Shown here piece by piece: positions 26,203 to 35,316 of a stretch of DNA of 64,000 nucleotides. Both the position numbers and the translations under genes were made by a program. Positions within the stretch are counted from its first letter, which is position 1; each line of letters opens with the position of its first letter. Origin of the DNA: a bacterium (GTDB lineage Bacteria; UBA10199; 2-02-FULL-44-16; JAAZCA01). The notes beneath the pieces were generated by a model. It did not search any database. It had not been told where the DNA came from and saw only the letters and a program-made list of their open reading frames with translations. The DNA is taken from contig CAXXGI010000003.1 of assembly GCA_963674695.2 (NCBI GenBank), positions 800,001-864,000 on the forward strand, in the 5' to 3' direction.

Positions 26203-28482
26203 ATGAGTGACTTCGATCCTACCCGTCTCACCCCCCCCTTCATCACCTACATCAAGGACAACCGGAAGGCGATCGGACCGGATCGGGCCGATGCGCTGGC
26301 GAGCACCATCGGCCACCCTGAGGCCGCCTCGGAGCGAGCCCTTCTCGGGGCGATGGCCTTTCTGCAAGAAGGCGAGGCCTCAGACCATTTCACCCTCCAA
26401 GATCCCGTGAGCTATCACCTGCTCGTCGGGACGCTCAACGGAACCCTGGCGCTCCAGCGTCGCGCCCAGCGCTTTGCGACGAGCGCCGCCGCTGAACGCC
26501 GCGTCATGGACACGCTCATGAGCATCATGCGTCGGCACCTGGATCAGTATCCGCAGATCTCCTACCCAGAACACGAGGCCGCCTATTTCCTCGACCATTT
26601 CCGCCGATTTTTGCGGAACCTCGGACAGGCCGCCAACACGATCGACCTCAATGATCCGCAGATCGGTTACCTGACGCAGATGAGTCCCGATCTATACGCG
26701 AAGCACGTCCTCGACATCGGGCAGCTTCGACAGGATGCGGAACTCATCGAACAGGCCAAGGATCTCTCGGTCGCCATGCTCGAACTCAACGGGGGGTTGG
26801 GCTCGAGCATGGGGTTGGATCCGACGCAACACCACTCGAAGGCGACGGGCATCCTCATCCCGGTGACCGTCTCCACGGAGCGGGGCGAAATCAAGGCCAG
26901 CATGTCGATCATGGAGGCGAAGATGCGCACGCTGGCCGCGCTGGGCCAAAAGTTCAAATCCGTCCGCGTCTTCCCCCTCAACAGCACGATCACGCGCGAT
27001 GGCTTCCAGGCCTTCCTCGACGCCCCCACGGTGGAGCAGCGCGCCCTCAGTCGCACAGGGCTGACTAACCGCGCCAACCTCGAGTCCCGGGGACTGATCA
27101 TCGACGACGAGATCATCCAACACGGCTTCCCGAAGATAGATACGCGCACCCTCCTGCCGGTGAAGACCGGAAACATGGATACGGAATTGGGACCAGGCGG
27201 ACACGGGCAGATCCTCTACGAACTCTTTTCTTCGGGGCGTTTGGAGGAGCTGGCAAAAGCCGGAACCGACATCCTCGTCATCGGCAACGGCGACGGCAAA
27301 CAGGCCAAACCCGACCCCGCCATCGCCGCGAAGATCGCCCGGGATGGCATCCCTGCCGCGATGATCTCGACCGATCGCACAGCGCTCGATGCCAAGGGCG
27401 GCATCTTCGTCATCATCGACGGAAAGATTCAGATCATCGAACGCAACCAGGCCAAAGACACCGATGCCTTTGAAGCGATCGGCTTGAAACCCGACGAAGG
27501 ATCGCAGCCGTTCAACACGAATACCGTCTATCTCAATATTCCGAAGATCATTGAGCTGCTCACGGCGTACAAGGAGGAACAGGGCGAAGAGGCCCTGCGC
27601 GAACTGCTGCTCCCGACGACGATTGCAAACCACAAGGTCGTTACGGTTCATGGCCAGGCGATTCCGGTGCGCCATCTCGAAGGCGCCATCGGTTCCGTGA
27701 TCCTCAAACTCCCCGGCGTAAAAATCTTCAACGCCAGCGCAGACGATCGCTGGACTGAATTCACAGCGGCAAAGACGCCGGGCGATGTGGTCTATCTTTT
27801 CGACAGCGATGTCTTTCGCATCGATGCCGAGACCGGCGAGATGATCCCGCTCATCGACAATCCGATCCCGCCGAAGATCAAACTGACCGGGTGGAGTGGA
27901 TGGACGATGCTCCCGAAGACGCGTGAAGCCTTCGGTCGCCCCTCGATGAAGGATCTGCGATCACTCTCTATTTCGGGCAAGGTCCATCTCCGCAATGCGA
28001 TCCTGCGCGGCCATGTGGAGATCATCAATGAATATGGACATGGCGTACGCCTCAATGAAGGCCCCTATTGCTCCAACCTTTCCTATGACGAACAGAGCAA
28101 CGGCAAAAAACGCCTATTGCTCGAAAACGTTCGCCTTTACATCGATGCCGATGGAATATTGACCGTAACACCGCTCGAGGATCCGACGGGCGGAAGCACG
28201 CCGCCGGTTGCAAACGGTACGGGCGGTGAGGGCGAGAAGGCACCGGGAAACACGACCGGACAAGGTGCCGCATCGGCCATGGGCGCACCGCTCGTCGTCG
28301 AAGCGGCACATGACGTTGAAGCCGAATTCGTCGATGATACCGGCATGCCGGACAACCTGTTTCCACAGATGGATACGGGAGTTCCACTCGGACAAAGCTT
28401 CGACACGTCGTGGGAGAACTCTGCCGGGCTCTATGGCGCGGGCGCGGCGACGGTCCTGCCCACGGCCGGAATGTACATCTAG
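26203..28482 (+). CDS. Eukaryote-type UTP-glucose-1-phosphate uridylyltransferase (UDPGP family) with ~180-aa N-terminal extension and ~95-aa acidic tail
   Basis: LELNGGLGSSMG, PGGHG, NGD, DAKGG, FNTN, LEGAIG and F...KT motifs, plus the C-terminal PS...LRSLSISGKV beta-helix pattern; RBS GAGGAG. Confidence 0.85.
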   Translation: MSDFDPTRLTPPFITYIKDNRKAIGPDRADALASTIGHPEAASERALLGAMAFLQEGEASDHFTLQDPVSYHLLVGTLNGTLALQRRAQRFATSAAAERRVMDTLMSIMRRHLDQYPQISYPEHEAAYFLDHFRRFLRNLGQAANTIDLNDPQIGYLTQMSPDLYAKHVLDIGQLRQDAELIEQAKDLSVAMLELNGGLGSSMGLDPTQHHSKATGILIPVTVSTERGEIKASMSIMEAKMRTLAALGQKFKSVRVFPLNSTITRDGFQAFLDAPTVEQRALSRTGLTNRANLESRGLIIDDEIIQHGFPKIDTRTLLPVKTGNMDTELGPGGHGQILYELFSSGRLEELAKAGTDILVIGNGDGKQAKPDPAIAAKIARDGIPAAMISTDRTALDAKGGIFVIIDGKIQIIERNQAKDTDAFEAIGLKPDEGSQPFNTNTVYLNIPKIIELLTAYKEEQGEEALRELLLPTTIANHKVVTVHGQAIPVRHLEGAIGSVILKLPGVKIFNASADDRWTEFTAAKTPGDVVYLFDSDVFRIDAETGEMIPLIDNPIPPKIKLTGWSGWTMLPKTREAFGRPSMKDLRSLSISGKVHLRNAILRGHVEIINEYGHGVRLNEGPYCSNLSYDEQSNGKKRLLLENVRLYIDADGILTVTPLEDPTGGSTPPVANGTGGEGEKAPGNTTGQGAASAMGAPLVVEAAHDVEAEFVDDTGMPDNLFPQMDTGVPLGQSFDTSWENSAGLYGAGAATVLPTAGMYI

Positions 28483-28484
28483 GG

Positions 28485-28555
28485 TGTCATTCCCGCGAAG
28501 GCGGGAATCTCGCTTCTTACGGCACATCGAGATCCCCGCTTTCGCGGGGATGACA
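28485..28555. repeat. REP doublet (same family as 9490-9560)
   Basis: TGTCATTCCCGCGAAGGCGGGAATCTCG ... CGAGATCCCCGCTTTCGCGGGGATGACA. Confidence 0.9.
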
Positions 28556-28578
28556 AAGGCAACGTTCGTCATATTTCT

Positions 28579-28608
28579 ACGGCCTCCCGCTCTTCGGGGG
28601 GCCGTTTT
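28579..28608 (+). terminator. Probable intrinsic terminator
   Basis: ACGGCCTCCCG-loop-CGGGGGGCCGT followed by a T-rich tract. Confidence 0.6.
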
Positions 28609-28682
28609 CGTTTCTGCCCCCCCTTGCGTTTCGGGATGCGTTTCAATAGGGTTGCAGCCGAAACTCAGGACAAGGAGCCCTC

Positions 28683-30353
28683 ATGAAGATCGTCGAATGC
28701 GTTCCCAATTTTAGCGAAGGATGCGACCCCGCCATCATCGAAGCGATCGCGGATGCCGTGCGCGTCATTTCCGGCGTGGAGTTGCTCGACGTCGATCCGG
28801 GGGCGGCGACCAACCGCACCGTCTTCACCTTCGCCGGCCAGCCCGAAGCGGTACTGGAAGCAGCCTTCCAGGCGATCAAGACGGGCTCCGCGCTCATCGA
28901 CATGCGTCACCATAAGGGAGAACACGCGCGCCAGGGGGCCTGCGATGTCTGCCCCTTCGTGCCCATCTCCGACATGACGATGAAAGAATGCGTGGAGCTG
29001 GCCAAGAAGCTCGGCGCGCGCGTCGGCGAAGAGCTGGGCATTCCGGTCTATCTCTATGCCGAGGCGGCACAGCGGCCGGAGCGCGTGCGGCTGCCCGACA
29101 TCCGCGTCGGCGAATACGAAGCCCTTGAGGAGAAGCTGAAAAAACCGGAGTTCAAGCCCGATTTCGGCCCGACCGCCTTCAACGCCAAGGCAGGCGCCAC
29201 CGCCATCGGCGCACGCAACTTCCTCATCGCCTACAACATCAATTTGAACTCGACGAGCGTGAAGGTCGCCAAGGAGATCGCCTTCACCATTCGCGAGACC
29301 GGACGCCTCAAGCGCGACGCGGAGGGCAATCCCATCGTGAAATCGGACGGCACGAAGGAACGCGAGCCGGGGATGTTCACCGGCGTGCAAGGAACCGGCT
29401 GGCTCATCCCCGAGTACAACTGCGCGCAGATCACCGTGAATATCCTCGATCTGGATGCCGCACCCGTCCACCGTGTCTTCGACGCCTGTTGCGAACTGGC
29501 CACAAAACTCGGCGCGCGCGTGACCGGCAGCGAGGTCGTCGGGATGCTCCCCAAGCGCGTCCTCGTGGAGGCCGGCCTCTACTTCCTCACGAAACAGAAC
29601 GCCTCGACGGGGGCATCGGAAGCGGAGATCATCCGCACCGGTATCCGCTCGCTGGGGCTCAGCGATGTCGCCCCCTTCGATCCGCAGCAGAAGATCATCG
29701 AGGAGCGGTTCAAAAAGGCGGCACCGCTGGCGAACATGACGCTCATCGGCTTCACGCATGAACTCGCATCGAACTCCCCTGCCCCCGGCGGCGGATCGGT
29801 GGCAGCCCTTGCCGGTGCCCTCTCCGGCGCCCTCTCCTCGATGGTCGCCGCACTCACCTTCGAGAAAAAGGGATTCGAGGAGCATCGCGAGGAGATGGAG
29901 CGCGTGGGCGTCGAAGCACATGCACTCGTGGCCCAACAGCTCGCCGCGATCGATGACGACACCGACGCCTTCAACGCCGTGATGGACTGCTTTTCGATGC
30001 CGAAGCAGACCGACGAGCAGAAGGCCGCACGCACAGCCGCCATCGAAGAGGCCAACAAGAAGGCCACGCTCGAACCGCTGGGCACGCTCGAACGTGCGCC
30101 GGCGATGCTGGATCTGGCCAAGGCCGTCGCCGAACGCGGCAACCCGAACTCCCTCTCCGATGCCGGGGTGGCCGGCCTCATGGCCCGAGCTGCCGCCTGG
30201 GGCGCCTATTATAATGTTCTCATCAACCTGCAGGGGATTGCGGATGCGGCGTGGACGAAGGAGACCCGAAACCGTGCTGAACAAGCCCTCGCACAGGTCA
30301 CCGAGAAGGCCGTCGCGGTGGAAGCGTCTCTCACCACCGCGTTGCAGGGCTGA
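28683..30353 (+). CDS. ftcd: Bifunctional glutamate formimidoyltransferase / formimidoyl-THF cyclodeaminase
   Basis: ECVPNFSEG, NRTV.T, H.GEH.R.GA.DVCPFVP, GAR.FLIAYN, PAPGGGSVAAL and GNPNSLSDAGV motifs. Confidence 0.95.
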   Translation: MKIVECVPNFSEGCDPAIIEAIADAVRVISGVELLDVDPGAATNRTVFTFAGQPEAVLEAAFQAIKTGSALIDMRHHKGEHARQGACDVCPFVPISDMTMKECVELAKKLGARVGEELGIPVYLYAEAAQRPERVRLPDIRVGEYEALEEKLKKPEFKPDFGPTAFNAKAGATAIGARNFLIAYNINLNSTSVKVAKEIAFTIRETGRLKRDAEGNPIVKSDGTKEREPGMFTGVQGTGWLIPEYNCAQITVNILDLDAAPVHRVFDACCELATKLGARVTGSEVVGMLPKRVLVEAGLYFLTKQNASTGASEAEIIRTGIRSLGLSDVAPFDPQQKIIEERFKKAAPLANMTLIGFTHELASNSPAPGGGSVAALAGALSGALSSMVAALTFEKKGFEEHREEMERVGVEAHALVAQQLAAIDDDTDAFNAVMDCFSMPKQTDEQKAARTAAIEEANKKATLEPLGTLERAPAMLDLAKAVAERGNPNSLSDAGVAGLMARAAAWGAYYNVLINLQGIADAAWTKETRNRAEQALAQVTEKAVAVEASLTTALQG

Positions 30354-30373
30354 GGAATGCCGTTGAAATATCG

Positions 30374-30401
30374 CGCAACTTTTTTGGCCTGTCGCCGATA
30401 T
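30374..30401 (+). promoter_or_regulatory. sigma28 (FliA/WhiG)-like promoter
   Basis: CGCAACTTTT-N10-GCCGATAT, 10 nt before the ATG at 30412; the -10 element is 7/8 of GCCGATAA. Confidence 0.65.
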
Positions 30402-30411
30402 CTGCGGTACG

Positions 30412-31926
30412 ATGAATCGATCGATCGACAACGATACCAGCCTGGTCCTCAGCATCTTGAGCCTCGGCATCCGCTCGCAGGCCTTCCCTCCGCATCTGCG
30501 TCACCATATCGACGCCGCTCGAAATGAACTCGACCAGGGAAGACCACAGGGCGAACAATGCCGCGCCCTGCTCAAGATCTGGCAGGAATTCAAACGTCTT
30601 ACGTCAGGGAACGAACACCGCGATCCCGCGACATGCGCGCGCCAGGCATATGAGCGTTTCCGTCCGCCGCCCGCACCCGCCCTCATCGATGCGCACGTCC
30701 CGACCGCCGATACTTCGACGACCGAGTGGCTGCGCTGGGCGAAGGACGTCGCCTTCTCTCCGCTCTTTGTCGATGCACAGGCACAGCGCCTGTTCCATCG
30801 CGATCACGGCCAGCGTTCAAAGGAAGCCGAACGCGTCGCCTCCCAGCGCGTGCGACGCATCATCGGACAGCGCGTGACCACAGCCCTCATGGGACAGAAC
30901 ACGAGATCCGCCTCGACCCTCCCTCCCCCGAACAGTGACGCCTTTCTTCAATTGGCCGCCGAGCGTTTGGAGACGGATCCGCTGGCCCTGCTCATACGCG
31001 AAAAAACCGATCTCTGGAGGGTCGTCCTCGCACGGGTCTTCGCCCACGTGATTCGCACCACGCCATCTGCCGAGACCAACGATGGGGAAGAAGCACAGCG
31101 CATACATCTGAAAAACTGGTTTGACGCACTTGTGAAGATGCAATGGGACGCGAACGAAATCACCCGCATCGTGATGCATGAATGGAAAGACGAGAAGCGC
31201 GTACCGTTGGATGCGCTTGCACGACTTCGGCGTCTATCGCCGAGCGCGGTATCGCTCAGCCCGTTCAAGGGCCCACTCTCGGGACGCCTGCTCGCGCTCG
31301 AAATCCTGCGCGTGCATGGTTTCGATCATCACGCGTCAAAATCCGTTTTCCAGAAGAACCTCCCGCCGATCGTGCCGCAACGAACGCTCAAACAGCTCTT
31401 AGGCCATCTCAACCAAATTGAACGAAAGGAATCACCCTTCCGTTTCCGCGCGGCGAACGTCCTGTATTGGCACATGAAGCCGGACTGGGAGTTTATCACC
31501 TCGTTCGCACGGCAGGTGCAGCGCAGCAAGACCGCTCCCACGCTGAACGCATTTCTCGATCGCTTCTATGCCGTGACTCCCGACGATCTCATCGAACGCC
31601 TGCAGGCGTATCGAAAAAAGGGCATTCATATCGACGTTGCCGTCGATACCATCGCCGAGCGTTTTCCCGATGCCCGCCAAGCCCTGATGAAATCGGGACT
31701 CCTTGCAACCGCCGCCGCTCCGACCACAGCAGACCCCGAAGAGAACCCGGCGGAGATCGCCCAAACAACCGTCCTCCAACAAGCCGCCCCCGCCATCATG
31801 GACTGGGCCAACGACGCGGCGTCTTCCGGGGAAGATCTTCTTCTCGCCACCGACCTCGCACCGTCGGCGTGGATGGGATGCGCACAGCCTGCGTTTGCCC
31901 TCTCAAGCGCCCTCATCCTGCCGTAG
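30412..31926 (+). CDS. Orphan helical protein (504 aa) with an acidic Ala-rich C-terminal tail
   Basis: Long ORF filling the gap between ftcd and the tRNA; no motif recognised. Confidence 0.75.
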   Translation: MNRSIDNDTSLVLSILSLGIRSQAFPPHLRHHIDAARNELDQGRPQGEQCRALLKIWQEFKRLTSGNEHRDPATCARQAYERFRPPPAPALIDAHVPTADTSTTEWLRWAKDVAFSPLFVDAQAQRLFHRDHGQRSKEAERVASQRVRRIIGQRVTTALMGQNTRSASTLPPPNSDAFLQLAAERLETDPLALLIREKTDLWRVVLARVFAHVIRTTPSAETNDGEEAQRIHLKNWFDALVKMQWDANEITRIVMHEWKDEKRVPLDALARLRRLSPSAVSLSPFKGPLSGRLLALEILRVHGFDHHASKSVFQKNLPPIVPQRTLKQLLGHLNQIERKESPFRFRAANVLYWHMKPDWEFITSFARQVQRSKTAPTLNAFLDRFYAVTPDDLIERLQAYRKKGIHIDVAVDTIAERFPDARQALMKSGLLATAAAPTTADPEENPAEIAQTTVLQQAAPAIMDWANDAASSGEDLLLATDLAPSAWMGCAQPAFALSSALILP

Positions 31927-31954
31927 AAGAAATCACACCGATACCCCGTTCAAT

Positions 31955-32142
31955 AAAAAGTCCTCCCGAAGGAGGTTTGTTGTGGAGCCGAAGGGAGTCG
32001 ATCGCCATCCGTGTCTCCCGCGAAGCGGAAGGCGCGGAACCCAATGAACAGCGCGGCCGGGGACCCGCCGTCAGGCGGGTGGACGCGCTGTATCCTTGGG
32101 CGACGCGAGCCGCGAGGCGAGCAACCCTCGACCTCGTGGCTC
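31955..32142 (-). other. tRNA-3'-end-like fragment embedded in a multi-hairpin element, with its own terminator-like hairpin
   Basis: The minus strand ends ...TCGACTCCCTTCGGCTCCAC (compare tRNA-Ala TCGAGCCCCCTCAGCTCCACCA), followed by CCTCCTTCGGGAGGACTTTTT. Confidence 0.5.
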
Positions 32143-32153
32143 GATCTGCACAC

Positions 32154-32187
32154 AAAAAAGCCCCCCGAGATAACTCTCGAAGGACCT
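32154..32187 (-). terminator. Probable terminator after tRNA-Ala
   Basis: Minus strand GTCCTTCGAGA-loop-TCTCGGGGGGC-TTTTTT. Confidence 0.7.
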
Positions 32188-32188
32188 T

Positions 32189-32264
32189 TGGTGGAGCTGA
32201 GGGGGCTCGAACCCCTGACCCCGACACTGCCAGTGTCGTGCTCTCCCAGCTGAGCTACAGCCCC
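32189..32264 (-). tRNA. tRNA-Ala (GGC)
   Basis: GGGGCTGTAGCTCAGCTGGGAGAGC-ACGACACT-GGC-AGTGTCG-GGGTCAGGGGTTCGAGCCCCCTCAGCTCCACCA; 76 nt, G3:U70, encoded CCA. Confidence 0.97.
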
Positions 32265-32355
32265 AAATGACCCGGATTTTGAGCGCGCACTATGCTCAAA
32301 AAGCCCCCGGGGTGTCAACCCTTTCCCCATCGCCGAAAAAGCCCGATATGCGGCC

Positions 32356-33135
32356 CTACCACTGCACGAAGAGCCCCGCGCGCGGACCGTGGAGCGTCTG
32401 GCCCTCGGTGTTGATCGCCCGATAGGCAGCGCGCACGCCGAACCACTTATACTTATAGGACACGCCCCCCTGAACATCGTACACATTTTTGCCCCGTATA
32501 ATGGCGTAATAGGGCTGGGCATCGACGATGAAGTGTTTGCCAAAGAAGAGGTATATGGGCAGGCCGAATTCGAAGCCGGTGTGGCGCCGCTGACCCCAGA
32601 TCTGTTTGGCGCCCAGCGCCAGATTGATGCCGATGAAGTCTGCAAAGAGCGTGCGCAGGAGAAAATGCCCGCCCAGGATTTTGAGATCGTGTTTCGGATC
32701 GTTCTCAAAATACTGCGTGTAGTTCACATCGGCCCCGAGCATCAGATAGCCCGCCTCCACCCGACCGGAAACCCCGTTGAGTTTATCGGTCAGGTACTGA
32801 TAAGCCCCCTCGAGGCGAAAGGTCGGCAATGCCGGAGACTCATTCGCCTTGAGCTCGAAGTAGAGATCCTCCCAGTTGTCCGAACCCGTCTGGAGCAAGC
32901 CCGCCAGGAAGAGATTGGCAAAGACCTGGATGAGACCGATGGTGGCCACCTCGCCGCCCGACAGGTCGCTCTTGCTCTCGGTGGTGATGCTCTTCTTCTC
33001 CTCCGACTTCGGCGCCTCGAGTGCCTCTTCAAACGACTCGAGTTTTCCCTTCTTCTCGCTGGCGAAAAGTGGAGGAGCCATGACCGTCGAGAGGACGAAG
33101 AGACAGAGGATGAAAAGGGAGAGGAGAGACCTCAT
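32356..33135 (-). CDS. Exported protein, probable outer-membrane beta-barrel
   Basis: Signal peptide, alternating aromatic/Gly strands, terminal ...GLFVQW; abuts the hutI stop. Confidence 0.7.
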   Translation of the reverse strand: MRSLLSLFILCLFVLSTVMAPPLFASEKKGKLESFEEALEAPKSEEKKSITTESKSDLSGGEVATIGLIQVFANLFLAGLLQTGSDNWEDLYFELKANESPALPTFRLEGAYQYLTDKLNGVSGRVEAGYLMLGADVNYTQYFENDPKHDLKILGGHFLLRTLFADFIGINLALGAKQIWGQRRHTGFEFGLPIYLFFGKHFIVDAQPYYAIIRGKNVYDVQGGVSYKYKWFGVRAAYRAINTEGQTLHGPRAGLFVQW

Positions 33136-34356
33136 CTATCGCACCTTCCTTCCGCCGATAACAACACCCGAGCAGGTGTTCATGCCGTAACGATAGAGCG
33201 GGTAGTATTCATCCGGCGCATCGAAGCAGGCGAAATCTGCGCGCAAGCCCACATCGATCGCGCCACGATCCGAGAGCCCCAATGCTTGGGCCGCATGACA
33301 GGTGATGGCGCGCAGGGCTTCGTCGCAGGTCATCTTCATCTGCGTGACCGCGATCGAGGCATTGAGCATGAGATCGAGCGATGGCGTCGTGCCCGGGTTG
33401 TAGTCGGTCGCAATGGCGATGGGCAGCGGCATCTCACACATGCGTCGCGCGTCCGGATAATGCCCCCCACCGGTGAAGAAACTCGCCCCGGGAAGCAGGA
33501 CCGGAACGACCCCCGACTCCTGCATCGCCCGCATGCCCGCCTCACCCGTATAGTCGAGGTGGCTGGCGTTCGCGGCACCGAGTTCGGCGGCCAAACGCGC
33601 GCCCCCGCCATCGCCAAACTGATCGACGTGCAGGTGAAGAGCAAGGTTCTCTCGATGAGCGGCCTCGGCAATCTGACGCGCTTCGTCGACGGTGAAAGCC
33701 CCTTCCTCAACAAAGATATCGCAGCCCGCCATCACATCGGTGATCGTCGCGGCGGGAATCATCTGTTCGATGAGCATGCGGATATATCCGGCTCGATTTT
33801 CCTGATATTCGACGGGGACCACATGCGCCCCGAGAAAGGTGCCGAGAACGGAGATCGCGTGTGCCTCGGAGAGACGCACGATAACATCGATCATCTTGGC
33901 TTCGGTTTCAGCATCGAGGCCATATCCGGTCTTGATCTCGAGCGTCGTCACCCCGCGCGCAAGGACCTCGTCCAGGCGCGCAAATGCCGACCGCTCCAGC
34001 TCCTCGCGAGGGGCACTGCGCGTCGCCCTGACGGTGGAGAGAATTCCCCCGCCGTCGGCGGCGATCTGCTGATAGCTCATCCCTTCCGAACGCTGCTTGA
34101 ATTCCTTCTGACGCGAACCGCCATGGACGAGATGCGTATGGCAATCGATGAGGCCGGGCAGGACGATAGCCCTACCCGTATCGAACCGACGATGATCGCC
34201 CTCGGGCACTTCGGATTGCGGACCCACCCAGGCGATGCGGTCCCCCTCACAGAGCACAGCGGCATCGGCGATGACCCCCAGGGGACCTTCGCGATCCTTT
34301 CCCGGAACCATCGTCACGAGGCGAGCGATATTGGTGATCAGGAGGTTCTTCGTCAT
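33136..34356 (-). CDS. hutI: Imidazolonepropionase
   Basis: PGLIDCHTHLV, GGGILSTV.ATR, E.KTGYGL, TFLGAH, H.DQ, SHL and ATDYNPG motifs. Confidence 0.97.
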   Translation of the reverse strand: MTKNLLITNIARLVTMVPGKDREGPLGVIADAAVLCEGDRIAWVGPQSEVPEGDHRRFDTGRAIVLPGLIDCHTHLVHGGSRQKEFKQRSEGMSYQQIAADGGGILSTVRATRSAPREELERSAFARLDEVLARGVTTLEIKTGYGLDAETEAKMIDVIVRLSEAHAISVLGTFLGAHVVPVEYQENRAGYIRMLIEQMIPAATITDVMAGCDIFVEEGAFTVDEARQIAEAAHRENLALHLHVDQFGDGGGARLAAELGAANASHLDYTGEAGMRAMQESGVVPVLLPGASFFTGGGHYPDARRMCEMPLPIAIATDYNPGTTPSLDLMLNASIAVTQMKMTCDEALRAITCHAAQALGLSDRGAIDVGLRADFACFDAPDEYYPLYRYGMNTCSGVVIGGRKVR

Positions 34357-34414
34357 AATGTGGTGAATTTACATGCTTTTCTGCCAGTGTCACGGGTTTT
34401 CTCGACCCGCATGA

Positions 34415-34762
34415 TCACGCGCCGCGCCGCCAGGGCAAGCGCCCATCGACCTCGATCTGGAGGGAGAAGCTCAGGAGCGTTCGGATGAGGACGACGATGC
34501 CGAGCGTGGCGACCTGCGAAAAGTTGAGGTCGGTGATGACGGTACTGATGATATCGGCGGCGATGAGGACCTCGAGGCCCAAGAGGATGGTCTTTCCCAG
34601 CCCAACTTTGAAGACCTGATAGCAGTCCGCATCCTTGGCCACGAGATTCTTGATATATCGAATGAGAGAATAGAAGACGCCGACGATGATGATCGCGACC
34701 CCGGTCGCTTCCAATCCGCGTGCCAAATATCCGATGACGACCGACAGCGTTTCGATGTTCAT
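34415..34762 (-). CDS. DUF1622 family membrane protein
   Basis: LG..ILLGLE.LIAADII.T, LG.VVLIRT.LSFSL.. and G.LPW motifs. Confidence 0.85.
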   Translation of the reverse strand: MNIETLSVVIGYLARGLEATGVAIIIVGVFYSLIRYIKNLVAKDADCYQVFKVGLGKTILLGLEVLIAADIISTVITDLNFSQVATLGIVVLIRTLLSFSLQIEVDGRLPWRRGA

Positions 34763-34813
34763 ACCGGCTCCTCATCCGCGTGATGGTTCACAACTCTTCC
34801 TGTTCCACAACGA

Positions 34814-35176
34814 TCAGCTGTGGGCTTCCAGCAACTCAATTCGTCCCTCATGAGCATCGTAGCGTTTGGCTAATCGATCAAGCTTCACCTCCACGATGCC
34901 CATGCAACCCCTGAGCCGTTCAATCTCATCCTTATTACATCGGATAGCCTTTTCGACCAGCATAAAGCGCTGATCCATATGGCACCGTAGAGAGTCGATC
35001 TTCTGACTGAGTCCTCGCGTCGCATCCTCTGCATTTTCGAGAACAAGGTCCATCTTGGATCGCAAGTCCTCCATCAGCACCGCATTGTAATGCATCATCG
35101 TCTCCCTCGCATCGAGCTCATCGATCGGCGTATCAATTCGTGACCTCTTCGTTCCACTCCCCTTTTTCCGCACCAT
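34814..35176 (-). CDS. Small coiled-coil hypothetical protein
   Basis: GGAGGGA RBS; heptad pattern (VLMEDLRSKMDLVLE...HEGRIELLE). Confidence 0.7.
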   Translation of the reverse strand: MVRKKGSGTKRSRIDTPIDELDARETMMHYNAVLMEDLRSKMDLVLENAEDATRGLSQKIDSLRCHMDQRFMLVEKAIRCNKDEIERLRGCMGIVEVKLDRLAKRYDAHEGRIELLEAHS

Positions 35177-35228
35177 ATTCCCTCCCCTCCTCTAGGCAAC
35201 CCGGCATGGGCTGTCAACGGAAAGGGAT

Positions 35229-35314
35229 TGCACGGAGCGTGCCAATGAAATTTCAGGGAGTTACGTCGATATCGGTGCCGAAATACGCAGCAGCGGTGCT
35301 GCAAATGGAGGCAG
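35229..35314 (-). promoter_or_regulatory. 86-bp direct repeat copy 1, containing a sigma54 -24/-12 element and a palindromic operator
   Basis: Minus strand TTGGCACG-CTCC-GTGCA; GCAGCA-N4-TGCTGC palindrome; near-identical to 36040-36125. Confidence 0.7.
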
Positions 35315-35316
35315 CA

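Noticed and set aside
31982-32264. Integrated prophage or island at tRNA-Ala
   Set aside because: Only ~190 bp separate the tRNA from the tRNA-like fragment, and no integrase is present.
28665-34488. Long ORFs 28665..30470 (minus) and 32389..34488 (plus)
   Set aside because: Antisense to ftcd and to hutI plus the barrel gene; no motifs of their own.
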